Shown: positions 1-9,938 of the stretch, one piece after another
How positions within the stretch are numbered: position 1 is the first letter of the stretch
Layout: the number at the start of each line of letters is the position of its first letter
Virus record (IMG/VR): IMGVR_UViG_3300042691_029418
Source of the DNA: an uncultured virus (IMG/VR IMGVR_UViG_3300042691_029418)
Lineage: Duplodnaviria; Heunggongvirae; Uroviricota; Caudoviricetes
Length of the DNA: 64,000 nt
Strand: one strand, 5' to 3'
Notes under the pieces: generated by a model
Databases searched by the model: none
What the model was told of the DNA's origin: nothing
Seen by the model: the letters and a program-made list of their open reading frames with translations, nothing else
Made by a program: the position numbers and the translations under genes

Positions 1-28
1 TCAACCCAAATAAAATCACTGTTCATAA

Positions 29-541
29 TCAAATCCAATCAGGTTTACGTTGGGGCATACGAAGGTAATTGTCCTTCACCCAAGGTTTTGAAGCAATATA
101 TCTTTTATATGCAGTAAAGGTATCAATACTCTCATCAAATTTCCATTCTTCGGGCATTGCTCTTGCGAACGGAGTTACATCAGTAATCTTTCCTTTAGGA
201 AAGAGATAATATGCATCTACAAGAGTTTTGTAGCAAGAATGAACTTTATTATATCGTAACTGATATTCATCACACAGATTCATTCCCCACTTAATCAACC
301 AATAAGCATTGTGGATACTATCCATTGCCCATTTGGTACAGGGATGGTTACGAAACGCACCCCTTTCAGTTCTGTAAGGAGTGCCATCAATCTTAGGAAG
401 AGTGCCATAACCATGACCCCATTTGTCAGATGCCACAATAGAAAGCATTTGACAGCACTCCAGAGGCATCTTGACGATATGTTTATCGGGAAGACAGACA
501 GCACTTTCCGCAGGCCAAGGTGATGTTACGAAGATGTTCAT
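29..541 (-). CDS. Pyrimidine-dimer DNA glycosylase (DenV/endonuclease V-like)
   Basis: MNIF...DKHIVKMPLECCQML and NHPCTKW motifs typical of this family; follows gp45. Confidence 0.65.
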   Translation of the reverse strand: MNIFVTSPWPAESAVCLPDKHIVKMPLECCQMLSIVASDKWGHGYGTLPKIDGTPYRTERGAFRNHPCTKWAMDSIHNAYWLIKWGMNLCDEYQLRYNKVHSCYKTLVDAYYLFPKGKITDVTPFARAMPEEWKFDESIDTFTAYKRYIASKPWVKDNYLRMPQRKPDWI

Positions 542-1203
542 CCAAAAGTAGAATCAGGTTCCAGAGCAATATAATACTTCAGATTGTACTTGGTGTTCGT
601 GAACTGAGACAAAAGTTTAGAAGACACCACCACATCATAGGCACCAGGGATGATCTTAATGTTTTCTACCTTGAAGTTGAAGGTGAATTCAGCATCGGTC
701 TCACCGACCACGATGGCATATTCGTTAGAAGTATCATTCTTCTTATCACGAACCACCAGTTTGATCACACCATTCTCACCAACGGCAGAAAGGTCAGGCA
801 GTTGATACACTGCTGCTGCCTTGACCAGTTTCTCCAGAGAAGTGCTGTCCAGTTGGAAACACACATCAGATGAAGGAAGTTGAATTTCCTTATCGGGAGG
901 AGAGATAATCACATTAGGGTCGGCATAGAAATACTTCACCCGACGCTTGCCTTCTTTGATGCTGAGATAAGACTCTTCAGTAAAGTCCAGATCAGGATCC
1001 TGGTGAAGTCCCAGACCATTCAGAAACTGGTTCAAATCGTAGATAGCAAAGTCACGAGGAAACTCTTCAGTGATCTCTGCTTCTGCAAGAATATTTTTAG
1101 CAACAGAAATAGTACGAAGTTGAGTACCTTGCTTCACGAGAATCGAGTTGTTGATACCTGCAAAGTTCTTCAGCAAAGCGAGGGTGTTATCAGAGAGTTT
1201 CAT
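538..1203 (-). CDS. gp45: Sliding clamp, DNA polymerase accessory protein (probable start MKLSDNTL)
   Basis: MKLS..TL.LLKNFAGINNSI N-terminus and YYIALE C-terminus, as in T4 gp45. Confidence 0.95.
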   Translation of the reverse strand: MKLSDNTLALLKNFAGINNSILVKQGTQLRTISVAKNILAEAEITEEFPRDFAIYDLNQFLNGLGLHQDPDLDFTEESYLSIKEGKRRVKYFYADPNVIISPPDKEIQLPSSDVCFQLDSTSLEKLVKAAAVYQLPDLSAVGENGVIKLVVRDKKNDTSNEYAIVVGETDAEFTFNFKVENIKIIPGAYDVVVSSKLLSQFTNTKYNLKYYIALEPDSTFG

Positions 1204-1226
1204 AGTTTTGTCTTGGAGTTTCATAA

Positions 1227-1631
1227 TCAACGGAATTCGGTAAGACCATTATCTTTACGGGAATAATGTCCATCAAAGTGAAGCAGAAGCATTGCATAAT
1301 GAATCACTTTGAGAAGGTCACGTTTATTGCGACCATCTTTATCACCGTAACGGCTGCCATACTTCAGAATATTTGCTTGGCAGAAATGAGTGGCAAGATC
1401 TTTTGCAGCCATCAGATCAATCGTTTGAATGTCATCTTTATTGTGTCCACAATAATGACTTCCATAAGTGCTGGTCACATAATCCTGAACATCTTTCAGG
1501 ATTTTATCTTCATTGTATTTCCAAAGGTGGTTCGTAGTTTCGATCATTTTAGTATTATTAATCAAAAATTCATAGTCACTGTGACCCCAAGGGGTCATTC
1601 CATCATTAATAGGATAAAGATACTCGTCCAT
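1227..1631 (-). CDS. DUF3310-like protein (possible nucleotide kinase-like)
   Basis: HY...IQTID...FCQANILKYGSRYGDK...DLLK pattern; true start may be further downstream. Confidence 0.6.
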   Translation of the reverse strand: MDEYLYPINDGMTPWGHSDYEFLINNTKMIETTNHLWKYNEDKILKDVQDYVTSTYGSHYCGHNKDDIQTIDLMAAKDLATHFCQANILKYGSRYGDKDGRNKRDLLKVIHYAMLLLHFDGHYSRKDNGLTEFR

Positions 1632-1633
1632 AA

Positions 1634-1665
1634 TAAAAGGGGAAGGTCATAGTTTACCTTCCCCA
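1634..1665 (-). terminator. Hairpin with T-tract downstream of the CobS-like gene
   Basis: GGGGAAGGT-aaactatg-ACCTTCCCC-TTTT on the minus strand. Confidence 0.55.
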
Positions 1666-1671
1666 ATTATA

Positions 1672-2775
1672 TCAGGATTGTGCTTGCTGGTCAACAGGCA
1701 TCTGGAAGTCAGCATCGACTTTATCATACAGTTCCAGGAAAGACTGCTTGGTTTCATCATCAAATCGGTTTACACACACTTGGATTGCCTTTGCCTTGTC
1801 CTGGAAGATACTGTAAGCACGAATGATGTGAACCAGACGACGGGTGCTGATGATTTCCTCAATACCACCATCGTAGAAGGTCTTGCGGATGATATCTGCC
1901 CAGTCCACCAGACGCTTGCAGAAGTCGCGGTCTTCTACACCAAGATCCAGAGCAATGCCTTCCAGGATCTTCTGCTCTGTCGCAGGAGCAGGATAGGACT
2001 GCTCAAAGGTCACGGGAAAACGTTCTAGGAATGCCTCATTCAGTACATTAGTGCCGATGAATCGTCCATCGTCAGAACCTTTACCTTTCGTGTTAGCAGT
2101 AGCAATCACATTGAAACCATCTGCAGGTTTCACATAACGACCGATTTTTTTCAGGAAAACACCTTTGCCTTCTAGGATGGATTGCAGGCACAAAATTTTG
2201 TTAGAGGCAAGATCAATCTCATCCAGAAGCAGAACGGCACCACGTTCGAGTGCTTCTACCACAGGACCGTTATGCCAAGCAGTTTCACCATTCACAAGAC
2301 GGAAACCACCGATCAGATCATCTTCATCAGTCTCAATTGTAATATTGACACGAATCAATTCACGTTTGAGTTGAGCACACGCTTGCTCCACCGAGAACGT
2401 TTTACCGTTACCCGAAAGACCCGTAATGAACGCAGGGTAAAAGATATGGGACTGAATAATTTTTTTAATATCACCAAAGTTACCAAACTTGACGAAGGTA
2501 TCATCTTTATCAGGAATAAGGTTTTGTTCGATAGTAGGAAGAGCAGCAGGTGCTTGATAAGAACGCTCAATCTCTTCAACTCGATCTTGAGTCACTTCTA
2601 GATTCCAACGACCACGAGCAGTCTTGTATTGCTCAAGACGACGTGAAACAGTTTGATAGTTCAAACTACGAGATGCACAAAATCCTTTCAGATCACCAGA
2701 GGTAATTTCAGAACCATAGAGTTCTTGGATTGAAGCAATCAGTTGTTCGTCGTTCACAGAAGATTTGCGGGTCAT
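1672..2775 (-). CDS. cobS: CobS-like MoxR-family AAA+ ATPase
   Basis: Walker A GLSGNGKT, Walker B LLLDEID, ATANTKG, LNEAFLERF, ISTR; typical cyanophage gene. Confidence 0.9.
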   Translation of the reverse strand: MTRKSSVNDEQLIASIQELYGSEITSGDLKGFCASRSLNYQTVSRRLEQYKTARGRWNLEVTQDRVEEIERSYQAPAALPTIEQNLIPDKDDTFVKFGNFGDIKKIIQSHIFYPAFITGLSGNGKTFSVEQACAQLKRELIRVNITIETDEDDLIGGFRLVNGETAWHNGPVVEALERGAVLLLDEIDLASNKILCLQSILEGKGVFLKKIGRYVKPADGFNVIATANTKGKGSDDGRFIGTNVLNEAFLERFPVTFEQSYPAPATEQKILEGIALDLGVEDRDFCKRLVDWADIIRKTFYDGGIEEIISTRRLVHIIRAYSIFQDKAKAIQVCVNRFDDETKQSFLELYDKVDADFQMPVDQQAQS

Positions 2776-2807
2776 GATTTAGTTAGGTGGTTTGTCTCAA
2801 CAGGTAT

Positions 2808-2862
2808 ATTATACAAGAAAAAGGAGGGTCTTGAACCCCCCTTGTGTCAGTTTACCAACTGG
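2808..2862 (-). promoter_or_regulatory. Early-type promoter: dyad + hairpin + TATAAT
   Basis: CCAGT-N6-ACTGACACA, 29 nt, TATAAT upstream of cobS. Confidence 0.7.
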
Positions 2863-3038
2863 TTCTTCAGTTTCTCAAAGTTTTCTCTGCTTGCAATTTT
2901 GCCCCGATATCCAGGATAATATTTTTCAACAAGATGAGGTAAACCCATTGCAGTAATAGATCCAATATCAGTTACCCAAATCTCTTGAGTATCATATTTT
3001 ATAACATGTTCAAATGGAAATTTAGATTTAGTCATCAA
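2847..3038 (-). CDS. Hypothetical protein
   Basis: 63-aa ORF whose start overlaps the upstream stop. Confidence 0.6.
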   Translation of the reverse strand: MMTKSKFPFEHVIKYDTQEIWVTDIGSITAMGLPHLVEKYYPGYRGKIASRENFEKLKNQLVN

Positions 3039-3841
3039 TCCTCAACTGTAAATGTTTTGTTTTTAACTTTAGTATCAAATTCACCAGTTCTACCAGGTTT
3101 CATTTTACCTATTTTAACATTTTTTCCCTTACCTGGCCAAGAGGTTTTTGAAGTTCCTTTAAGTGTAGCACTTCCACCACCTTTACGTTGGATTAAAACA
3201 GAGTCTTGATCGTATTTTTTACCAAGTTTTTCAACAGTCTTTTTAAACTTTCTTTTACCCATTTTGCCTGGGGTAATTACGTGAGACTTTTCACCTACCT
3301 TTTTCTCTTGTGGAGTTCCTGGATTTTCAGTATATCTACCCTTAACCTTTGTAGGACCGGGAAGACCAGCACCTCTTACATCTTTTTCAAGTTGCTTTGA
3401 TCGTGCTTTGTTTTCTGATTTTGATTTGTCTCCTCTTTGAGCAGACATAATTGCCATTCCACCTTTTTGCGACTTACCCATTACACGAGTAAGAGAAGTT
3501 TCATTTACAACCTCTTCACCCAATTCTCCCATCGCTTTTTGCTTACGGAGTTTCTTAGGATTTTTTGTCTTGTCTGCAGAGTAGTTATTATCATCCTCAT
3601 TATCAGGATCCACAGCACTACGATGTCTCGTGCGTCTTTCTTCATCATCCATCTTTGCACGACTTCTCTTTGCTTCATCAGGAGAATAGGTCCTACCACT
3701 GTTGTACCATTCTTTACCTACATGACCTCTTTTCTTAGCATCAGCAGAAGCTTCCTGACGCTTGAATTTTCTGCGGTTTGCCTTGAAATCTTTGAGGGTC
3801 ATTCCCTCAGCGATTAGCATAAACTCCTGAAAGGTTCTCAT
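3035..3841 (-). CDS. Basic late protein with capsid-targeting-like N-terminus (putative internal head protein)
   Basis: MRTFQEFMLIAE resembles T4 IPII/IPIII MKTYQEFIAE; CTAAATA late-promoter variant at 3867-3873. Confidence 0.6.
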   Translation of the reverse strand: MRTFQEFMLIAEGMTLKDFKANRRKFKRQEASADAKKRGHVGKEWYNSGRTYSPDEAKRSRAKMDDEERRTRHRSAVDPDNEDDNNYSADKTKNPKKLRKQKAMGELGEEVVNETSLTRVMGKSQKGGMAIMSAQRGDKSKSENKARSKQLEKDVRGAGLPGPTKVKGRYTENPGTPQEKKVGEKSHVITPGKMGKRKFKKTVEKLGKKYDQDSVLIQRKGGGSATLKGTSKTSWPGKGKNVKIGKMKPGRTGEFDTKVKNKTFTVED

Positions 3842-3869
3842 ATTAGTAGACAGACATTTTTTTGACTAT

Positions 3870-6017
3870 TTAGGCAACAAGGGAGATGAACTCACCAAGA
3901 ATCTTTTTGTTCATTTTCTTAGACTTCAAACTCTTTACAAATGCAGATTTGATTTGAGCTTTGGTTGCACATTCATGCACATCAAATTCACTATCCTGAG
4001 AAAGGGCACTGGAAGAGAGTCCAAAGTAAGAATGATAACCAGAAGACTTGATACTGAATGCCTTTTCTTTTTTCCAAGAAGACATCACTTTTTCATAATC
4101 GGGTCCATAGTATCCACAATAACGGCGGATAAAGTTACCAGCATCACGACCTTCAAGAACACGAATACCGATGAAGTTAATATCAGTAAAACGGTCACGA
4201 AGATTACGAAGCAGAATATCGGTGAAACCACTCCACTCAACATCACAAGAATAGGTGTTACCAGTCTTACGGTCACGGAGGAAAGCATTAGGACCGATGT
4301 GAGCAGTGCCCATAAAAGGTTCTTGCTCCCAGTGACGTTGAACTTCACGGTGATACTTGATCATACAAGATTCACCATCAGTCAGCACAACGCACTGAAC
4401 TTTCTGAAGTTTATTCTCTTTTTGGAACTTGGGCAGAATCTGATGAAGAGAAATCAGTGCTTCATTCAGAGGAGTTCCAGATAGACTCAAACCAGTTGGA
4501 GGATTGTAAGAACATTGAGAAAAACGACTAAAAGAAGTAGCGAGACGGAAGATATTCTTCATCTGCTCATCCAAAGTCTTTCCATTTACTTTACTAGTAA
4601 GCAAGTTCATCATAGAGAACCATTCACCAACTTGGAGCAACCCATCTTTCTTTTTGTAAGCGAGTTCACGCATATTTGCTTTACCATTCTCATCGAAAGT
4701 CACCAAAGGATAATCTGTAGTAAAAGCATAAACCTCAAAAGGAATAGCAACTTTCTTGCAGAACCAAATAAGGTTAAAGAGTTGCTTGATAGTATCCAAC
4801 ATCACATCACCCATCGAACCAGACCAGTCCAGAACAAACACCAGACCGTGATTCTTACCATCAGCAAGAGTAGTTATCTTACGGAACAGGTCTTCATTGT
4901 ACTTATAGGTGTGAAGTTTAGTGCAGTCCAGAACACCAGTGCGAGCAGTAGAAGCACGGGAGTAAGAGTCTGCTGCCTTACGACACTCAAACTCCTTTAC
5001 CAGATAGTTGACTTCTTTTTGAGCAGAACGTTTGAACTGATTGAAATCCAAGTCAACTTTACCAAAGATCAGATCTTCAGTGTAATCACGATCAATCATC
5101 CAAGCACTCCACGATTCCCGACAATGATTGTGAATCTCATCGTTAGGAACAACAATCTTTTTCAGATCAAGTTGAGGAATCTCCAAGTATACATTTTCAT
5201 AACCATCACTATTAACTAGTTCTTTCAGTGCCTCTTCCAGGTTATCCATCGTCTTAACTTCTGGTTCTTCATCCTTCTCACCACCAACAGGAGCATCAGT
5301 TTGCTGCTGTTGAGAAGTTTCACTGGAGGGAGCACCATCAGAACCATCAGATTCAGGTTGATCGTTTTCACCTTCCTGCTGATCAGAGAAATCAGAAGCA
5401 GGTTGTTGACTTGCACCAGAATCTTGAGACTGAAGATTGTCCAGTTGAATATTAGTTTGTTCCTGTTGCTTTTGCTTACAATACTTGTACAGTACCTCAG
5501 CAGCAATCAAAACCTCAGAAAAAGTTTCAGTCTCAGCAATCTGATTGATAATCTCGGTCTCTTCACCATGCTCAATCAGAATATCGGTGAAGTTACCGAT
5601 CTTGAACCACAGGTTTGCACGGTCGGCAAGGTTCATCTCGTCAATCTTTTCATCAGCAATCTGGAAGAAATCATCATCAGCAAGTTCTTTATATCCATTA
5701 AAGAAAGTCTTAGCAAGACCAGGATAACGCCGCTTCATCAGTTTCTCAATGCGAGCATCCTCCACAATGTTCACAAACTGAGGAGGAACCTTAACTTCCT
5801 TCGTCCAATCCTCGTCAGGCGTGTAGAGTGCGTGTCCGACCTCGTGCCCCACCAGCAGGTCATACACAGTATTGCTTGCCTTCTCCCACATCGGCAGAGT
5901 GAGCACACGGGTATGAACATTAAACTGGGCAGTCTCTACCTTCTTGTGCTCAACCACAAGGTCTTCTGTGGCAAGCAGTTTGGCAAGTTGGGACTTGATT
6001 TCGTGGCGGACGGTCAT
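3870..6017 (-). CDS. CobT-like protein: N-terminal zincin (HEVGH) + C-terminal VWA/MIDAS
   Basis: HEVGH...NIVEDARIE; VFVLDWSGSM, GTPL, LTDGE; probable start MTVRHE. Confidence 0.85.
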   Translation of the reverse strand: MTVRHEIKSQLAKLLATEDLVVEHKKVETAQFNVHTRVLTLPMWEKASNTVYDLLVGHEVGHALYTPDEDWTKEVKVPPQFVNIVEDARIEKLMKRRYPGLAKTFFNGYKELADDDFFQIADEKIDEMNLADRANLWFKIGNFTDILIEHGEETEIINQIAETETFSEVLIAAEVLYKYCKQKQQEQTNIQLDNLQSQDSGASQQPASDFSDQQEGENDQPESDGSDGAPSSETSQQQQTDAPVGGEKDEEPEVKTMDNLEEALKELVNSDGYENVYLEIPQLDLKKIVVPNDEIHNHCRESWSAWMIDRDYTEDLIFGKVDLDFNQFKRSAQKEVNYLVKEFECRKAADSYSRASTARTGVLDCTKLHTYKYNEDLFRKITTLADGKNHGLVFVLDWSGSMGDVMLDTIKQLFNLIWFCKKVAIPFEVYAFTTDYPLVTFDENGKANMRELAYKKKDGLLQVGEWFSMMNLLTSKVNGKTLDEQMKNIFRLATSFSRFSQCSYNPPTGLSLSGTPLNEALISLHQILPKFQKENKLQKVQCVVLTDGESCMIKYHREVQRHWEQEPFMGTAHIGPNAFLRDRKTGNTYSCDVEWSGFTDILLRNLRDRFTDINFIGIRVLEGRDAGNFIRRYCGYYGPDYEKVMSSWKKEKAFSIKSSGYHSYFGLSSSALSQDSEFDVHECATKAQIKSAFVKSLKSKKMNKKILGEFISLVA

Positions 6018-6038
6018 AGGTCTGATTCGTATGAGACC

Positions 6039-6095
6039 ATTATACAAAAAAGGAGGGTGCTAAGACCCTCTAGTGTGTCAGTTTAGAAAGTGGAC
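6039..6095 (-). promoter_or_regulatory. Early-type promoter: dyad + hairpin + TATAAT
   Basis: GTCCACT-N6-ACTGACACA, 29 nt, TATAAT. Confidence 0.7.
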
Positions 6096-6758
6096 TCAAC
6101 GAGCATATCCAGGTCTTTGACCAGATTTTAATTTTGGTCCAGTTGGTTTCCATCCTTTTGGTTTTTTAGGTCCTTCACTAGTAAAAAGTTTTTGTGATTC
6201 TTCTTTACCATCTTCACCTTCAACAATACTTTCTCTCCACTCTTCACTCATATTCACCATAATTGCTTCTGCTGCTTCTGGTGTTTCAGCATATCCTTCA
6301 TCAAGTAAGTGTGAAAGGATGATGTCGTAGAGGTTATAATTTTCATCCATATCTCTTGTATTTGGAACGGACTTACCTGCTCTTCTTGCTGCTTTGTTTC
6401 CTGCTCCCCTGTCTCTGGTTGGACCAGCAACAGATGCCCAATATTTTGCGTTTCCAGCACGATTAGATCCTTTTCCAACTCTCTCTTCAGGGGGAGCATT
6501 TGTTCCACCACGCTTTCTTACTGGATTATCTTTTGAACCAGTTTCATCTCTTTTCATAAGAAGACTAAATGCCTGGTCTCCTGTTTTTGTGTGATACTTC
6601 TTACGTGGATTTTGTCCCTTCGACTTATCACCTTTCGTAACCTCCCTATCCATAATCGCACGAAGTTTTTTTCTGCTTTCGGGATTTCTGATTGTTTCAT
6701 CAACTTGATAAACCTGATTATATGCTTCTTGAAGATTGCGAAGTTCTTGTGCGTCCAT
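6096..6758 (-). CDS. Basic late protein with cyanophage ELRNLQEAY and LLDEGYA...MSEEW modules
   Basis: Probable start MDAQELRNLQEAY; TATAAATA at 6778-6785. Confidence 0.65.
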   Translation of the reverse strand: MDAQELRNLQEAYNQVYQVDETIRNPESRKKLRAIMDREVTKGDKSKGQNPRKKYHTKTGDQAFSLLMKRDETGSKDNPVRKRGGTNAPPEERVGKGSNRAGNAKYWASVAGPTRDRGAGNKAARRAGKSVPNTRDMDENYNLYDIILSHLLDEGYAETPEAAEAIMVNMSEEWRESIVEGEDGKEESQKLFTSEGPKKPKGWKPTGPKLKSGQRPGYAR

Positions 6759-6772
6759 CTTATGAATACTTT

Positions 6773-6919
6773 TTAGGTATTTATAAAAAAACACTCCTTT
6801 TTAGGGGAGTGCTTTTTCTTGAAGGCTTTGAGTCGTGCCTTTGCTTGTCGGAGTGCTTGCGGTTTGAGTTTCCGTTTCTGCTCCTTCTTGGAATGGTGTT
6901 GCCAGTTGGGGGTGTTCAT
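6773..6919 (-). CDS. Small basic protein, 48 aa (not in ORF track)
   Basis: Hand translation MNTPNWQHHSKKEQKRKLKPQALRQAKARL...; ATGA overlap with the gp46 stop. Confidence 0.6.
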   Translation of the reverse strand: MNTPNWQHHSKKEQKRKLKPQALRQAKARLKAFKKKHSPKKECFFINT

Positions 6920-8646
6920 TCTCCTTGTGCCTGTGAAGATACCATACGTGAAAAACCTTTGACCTTCTCAAACCTTATGACACTTTCAAATTTGTCATGC
7001 AGATCTGTCTTATGAGAAATCACGAAAATATTAGCATCCTTAATGACGTAACGAATAATCTTCAGAAACTCATCGGTGCCGAAACCATCAAGTGAAGAAT
7101 CAAATACCTCATCCATAATCAGCAGGTTTGTATTCACAGAATTCTTAACTCGTGCCACTTCTCTCCAAGTGAAGAGGAGTGCCAAATCGATTCTCATTTT
7201 CTCACCCTCACTGAATGAACTATAAGAAAAGTCTTCGTGAATGGGTGATTTTACCGTTTCGTTGAACTCTTCATCGAGATGGAAATTAATATAAAAATCC
7301 AGCATTTGAAGATAACGATTCACCTGCTGATTTATGAACGGAAGATACTTCTTAATGATCTTCGTTTTTACACCATCATCCTTGAGTAAGGAGTAGGCAA
7401 AATCGTAATAAACAATTTCTTCTTTTTTCCTTGAAAGGTCTTCGAATGTCTTTTGGAGATTGGTTTGAAATTCTTCTAACTTTTCATGCTCAGTATTTCG
7501 GTTTGCAAGGTTTTGGGTAATAGTTTGAATTTCAGATTCAAGGTCTCTGATTTGTCTCTGGTTGAGGCTAATCCGAGTATTGTTTTGAGAAATCTCATGA
7601 TTGAGTTTCGTAATCTCCTTAGAAAGTGCGATGAATTGACGCTCTCTCTCCTGTTCTACTTTTATAGTCTCCTCTAAGTCTTGATATCCTTTTTGGAGTT
7701 CCTTTGCTTTATTTTGAGCGTCTGTAATTCTATTTAACCGAAACTCTTCTTCTATTGTTTGAGTGCAGGTAGGGCAGACCGTATTTTCAGTAAAGAACTT
7801 ATGTTCTTTAGTAATTACAGATACTTTCTGAGAGATTTTACCCTTTAGATTGTTAAGCTTTACTAACTTGTCCCCAGCACCAACAACCTCCTCCTGCTCC
7901 TTTGTAAACTTGAAAATATTTTCTTCGATAGTTGCATTCTCAGTCAAGTAAACACCAACTTCATCGTCCAACTTGGCAATTTTTTCTTGATTGGCATTAA
8001 TGTTGGCATTGCCACGATTCTCAAGTTCCTCAATAAAACTTTGTTGCATCTTCATCTTATCCTTAAGAGTTTCTTTCTTAAGTTCAAGAGACTTAACTTG
8101 ATCTTTCTTCTCACGAATCTTATCCTTAATGAGATTATTCATCGCAGAAAAAATACGAATATCCAGAAGATCTTCAATCACTTCACGACGATGTGCTGTC
8201 GGAAGTTGCATAAACGGCACAAAAGTACTACTACCAAGAATAACAACTTGTGTAAAAGACTTATAATTTACCCTAAGAATATTCTCCTCTAGAATTCTCT
8301 GATTCGCACGATCATCTGCTTCCTTGTGAAGTGCTTCCCCATTCACCTCAATATCAAAGACATTAGGTTTGATGCCACGACGGACAAGATAATCACGATT
8401 ATTCACAGAAAACTCAATCTCAACCAAACAATCCCTTTCGTTGGTTGTATTGACAAGTTGAGGTTTGTTGATTTTACGAAATGGTTTATTGAATAAAGCA
8501 AATGTCAGAGCATCAAGTAAAGTGCTTTTGCCCGCACCATTCGTCCCGATAATCAGATTTGTATTATGTTTTTCAAAGTCAATCTCTGTCCACTGATTCC
8601 CAGATGAGAGAAAGTTTTTGTATCTAATCTTGTGAAATAACAACAT
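6916..8646 (-). CDS. gp46: Recombination endonuclease subunit (Rad50/SbcC-like)
   Basis: GTNGAGKST, CPTC hook, FSEGE signature, IMDE, ISH. Confidence 0.97.
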   Translation of the reverse strand: MLLFHKIRYKNFLSSGNQWTEIDFEKHNTNLIIGTNGAGKSTLLDALTFALFNKPFRKINKPQLVNTTNERDCLVEIEFSVNNRDYLVRRGIKPNVFDIEVNGEALHKEADDRANQRILEENILRVNYKSFTQVVILGSSTFVPFMQLPTAHRREVIEDLLDIRIFSAMNNLIKDKIREKKDQVKSLELKKETLKDKMKMQQSFIEELENRGNANINANQEKIAKLDDEVGVYLTENATIEENIFKFTKEQEEVVGAGDKLVKLNNLKGKISQKVSVITKEHKFFTENTVCPTCTQTIEEEFRLNRITDAQNKAKELQKGYQDLEETIKVEQERERQFIALSKEITKLNHEISQNNTRISLNQRQIRDLESEIQTITQNLANRNTEHEKLEEFQTNLQKTFEDLSRKKEEIVYYDFAYSLLKDDGVKTKIIKKYLPFINQQVNRYLQMLDFYINFHLDEEFNETVKSPIHEDFSYSSFSEGEKMRIDLALLFTWREVARVKNSVNTNLLIMDEVFDSSLDGFGTDEFLKIIRYVIKDANIFVISHKTDLHDKFESVIRFEKVKGFSRMVSSQAQGE

Positions 8647-8899
8647 TTTTTGGAGGAATTACGATATCGTCAGGAGTGATCACAGCATACTTGTAATTAT
8701 ACAACTTACAAGTCTTTATGGCAAGGTCGTCGTCAACTTCAACAACATCCATTTCTTGGTCTTCTTGGTCTTCTAGCATCAAAGCATAACGGGTAGCATC
8801 ATCCTCATCCTCAAAAAGAAACAAAACTTTATGTCCATATTGGTCTTGGACGGCATAAGCACCATCGTCTTTTCTATCTTTGAGAGTAAGGAGAAACAT
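8624..8899 (-). CDS. Conserved hypothetical protein between gp47 and gp46
   Basis: Acidic 91-aa ORF tightly packed between the two genes. Confidence 0.75.
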   Translation of the reverse strand: MFLLTLKDRKDDGAYAVQDQYGHKVLFLFEDEDDATRYALMLEDQEDQEMDVVEVDDDLAIKTCKLYNYKYAVITPDDIVIPPKNVVISQD

Positions 8900-8900
8900 T

Positions 8901-9938
8901 TTATTCTACCTCGCAAGCTTGCCGATAAAGATCTTGAAAAATACCTTTGATAATGTTTTTATCAAATTCAAATTCTGCTTCGTCAATATAACGATTTAGA
9001 ATAGACATTGTATTTTCTTCTTCATCAATCTCAAAATCTTCGTTCTCTTGAATATCAAAGTTTTCTACAATTTTGAGATCTTGGATTCCTGCCGTATAAA
9101 GTTTGTCGATAAACTTTTCAAAATCTTTGGGTTTAGATTTCTTACGGACAATGACCTTTACAATTTTATTTTCATACTCTGCAGTATCAAACAATTGATA
9201 AGGGGTATCCTCATAATAAATGTTATAGAATAATTTATAAGGATTGTTGATTGGAGTGTGCTCTAATGTTTCGGTATCAAAAATATGAAATCCCCGAGTA
9301 TCATTTACATCCGTCCAGTACATTTCATAAGGATTGCCAAGATAGAAAATACGTCCATTATCAGAACGAGTGTGGTAATGCCCAGAAAATACTTTTGTGA
9401 AGTTCTTAAAAATATCTGCTTCCAGTCCATGCTCCTCCATAATCAGATTTCGATTAACACGGAACCCCTGAAGTTCTAAGTGTCCCATCGCAACTTGTGC
9501 TTTGGTCTTATTAATTTCTTTAAATGTTCGTTCTTGATTTTCTGGATTAATCCAAGGAATGAACAAGATCTTAAGACCACCAATAGTAACTTCTTTTGCT
9601 TCACTATAAGTTTTAATATTAGAATAAGTCTGCAAAAGAAGACTAGGAGAGTTTACACTATTAGTGGTTTTAAAATAGGTATCATGATTTCCCACAATCA
9701 TATGGACATCATACTTTTTGAGTGGGTCAAATACAACTCTTTTTGACCATTCAAGACTTTGATAATCAATTGACTTGCGACTATCAAAGGCATCGCCCAT
9801 ATGAATGACTGCCTCTACATTGTTCTCTTCAAGGGCAGGAAAAAATACATTCTTATAGAAGAGTTCAAAGTAATCATGAAGATACTTTGATCCTTTTTTG
9901 GCACCATAGTGGGTGTCCGTAATAATTGCTACCTTCAT
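8901..9938 (-). CDS. gp47: Recombination endonuclease subunit (Mre11/SbcD-like)
   Basis: DTHYG, GD, GNHD, GH, SGHYH metallophosphoesterase motifs. Confidence 0.97.
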   Translation of the reverse strand: MKVAIITDTHYGAKKGSKYLHDYFELFYKNVFFPALEENNVEAVIHMGDAFDSRKSIDYQSLEWSKRVVFDPLKKYDVHMIVGNHDTYFKTTNSVNSPSLLLQTYSNIKTYSEAKEVTIGGLKILFIPWINPENQERTFKEINKTKAQVAMGHLELQGFRVNRNLIMEEHGLEADIFKNFTKVFSGHYHTRSDNGRIFYLGNPYEMYWTDVNDTRGFHIFDTETLEHTPINNPYKLFYNIYYEDTPYQLFDTAEYENKIVKVIVRKKSKPKDFEKFIDKLYTAGIQDLKIVENFDIQENEDFEIDEEENTMSILNRYIDEAEFEFDKNIIKGIFQDLYRQACEVE

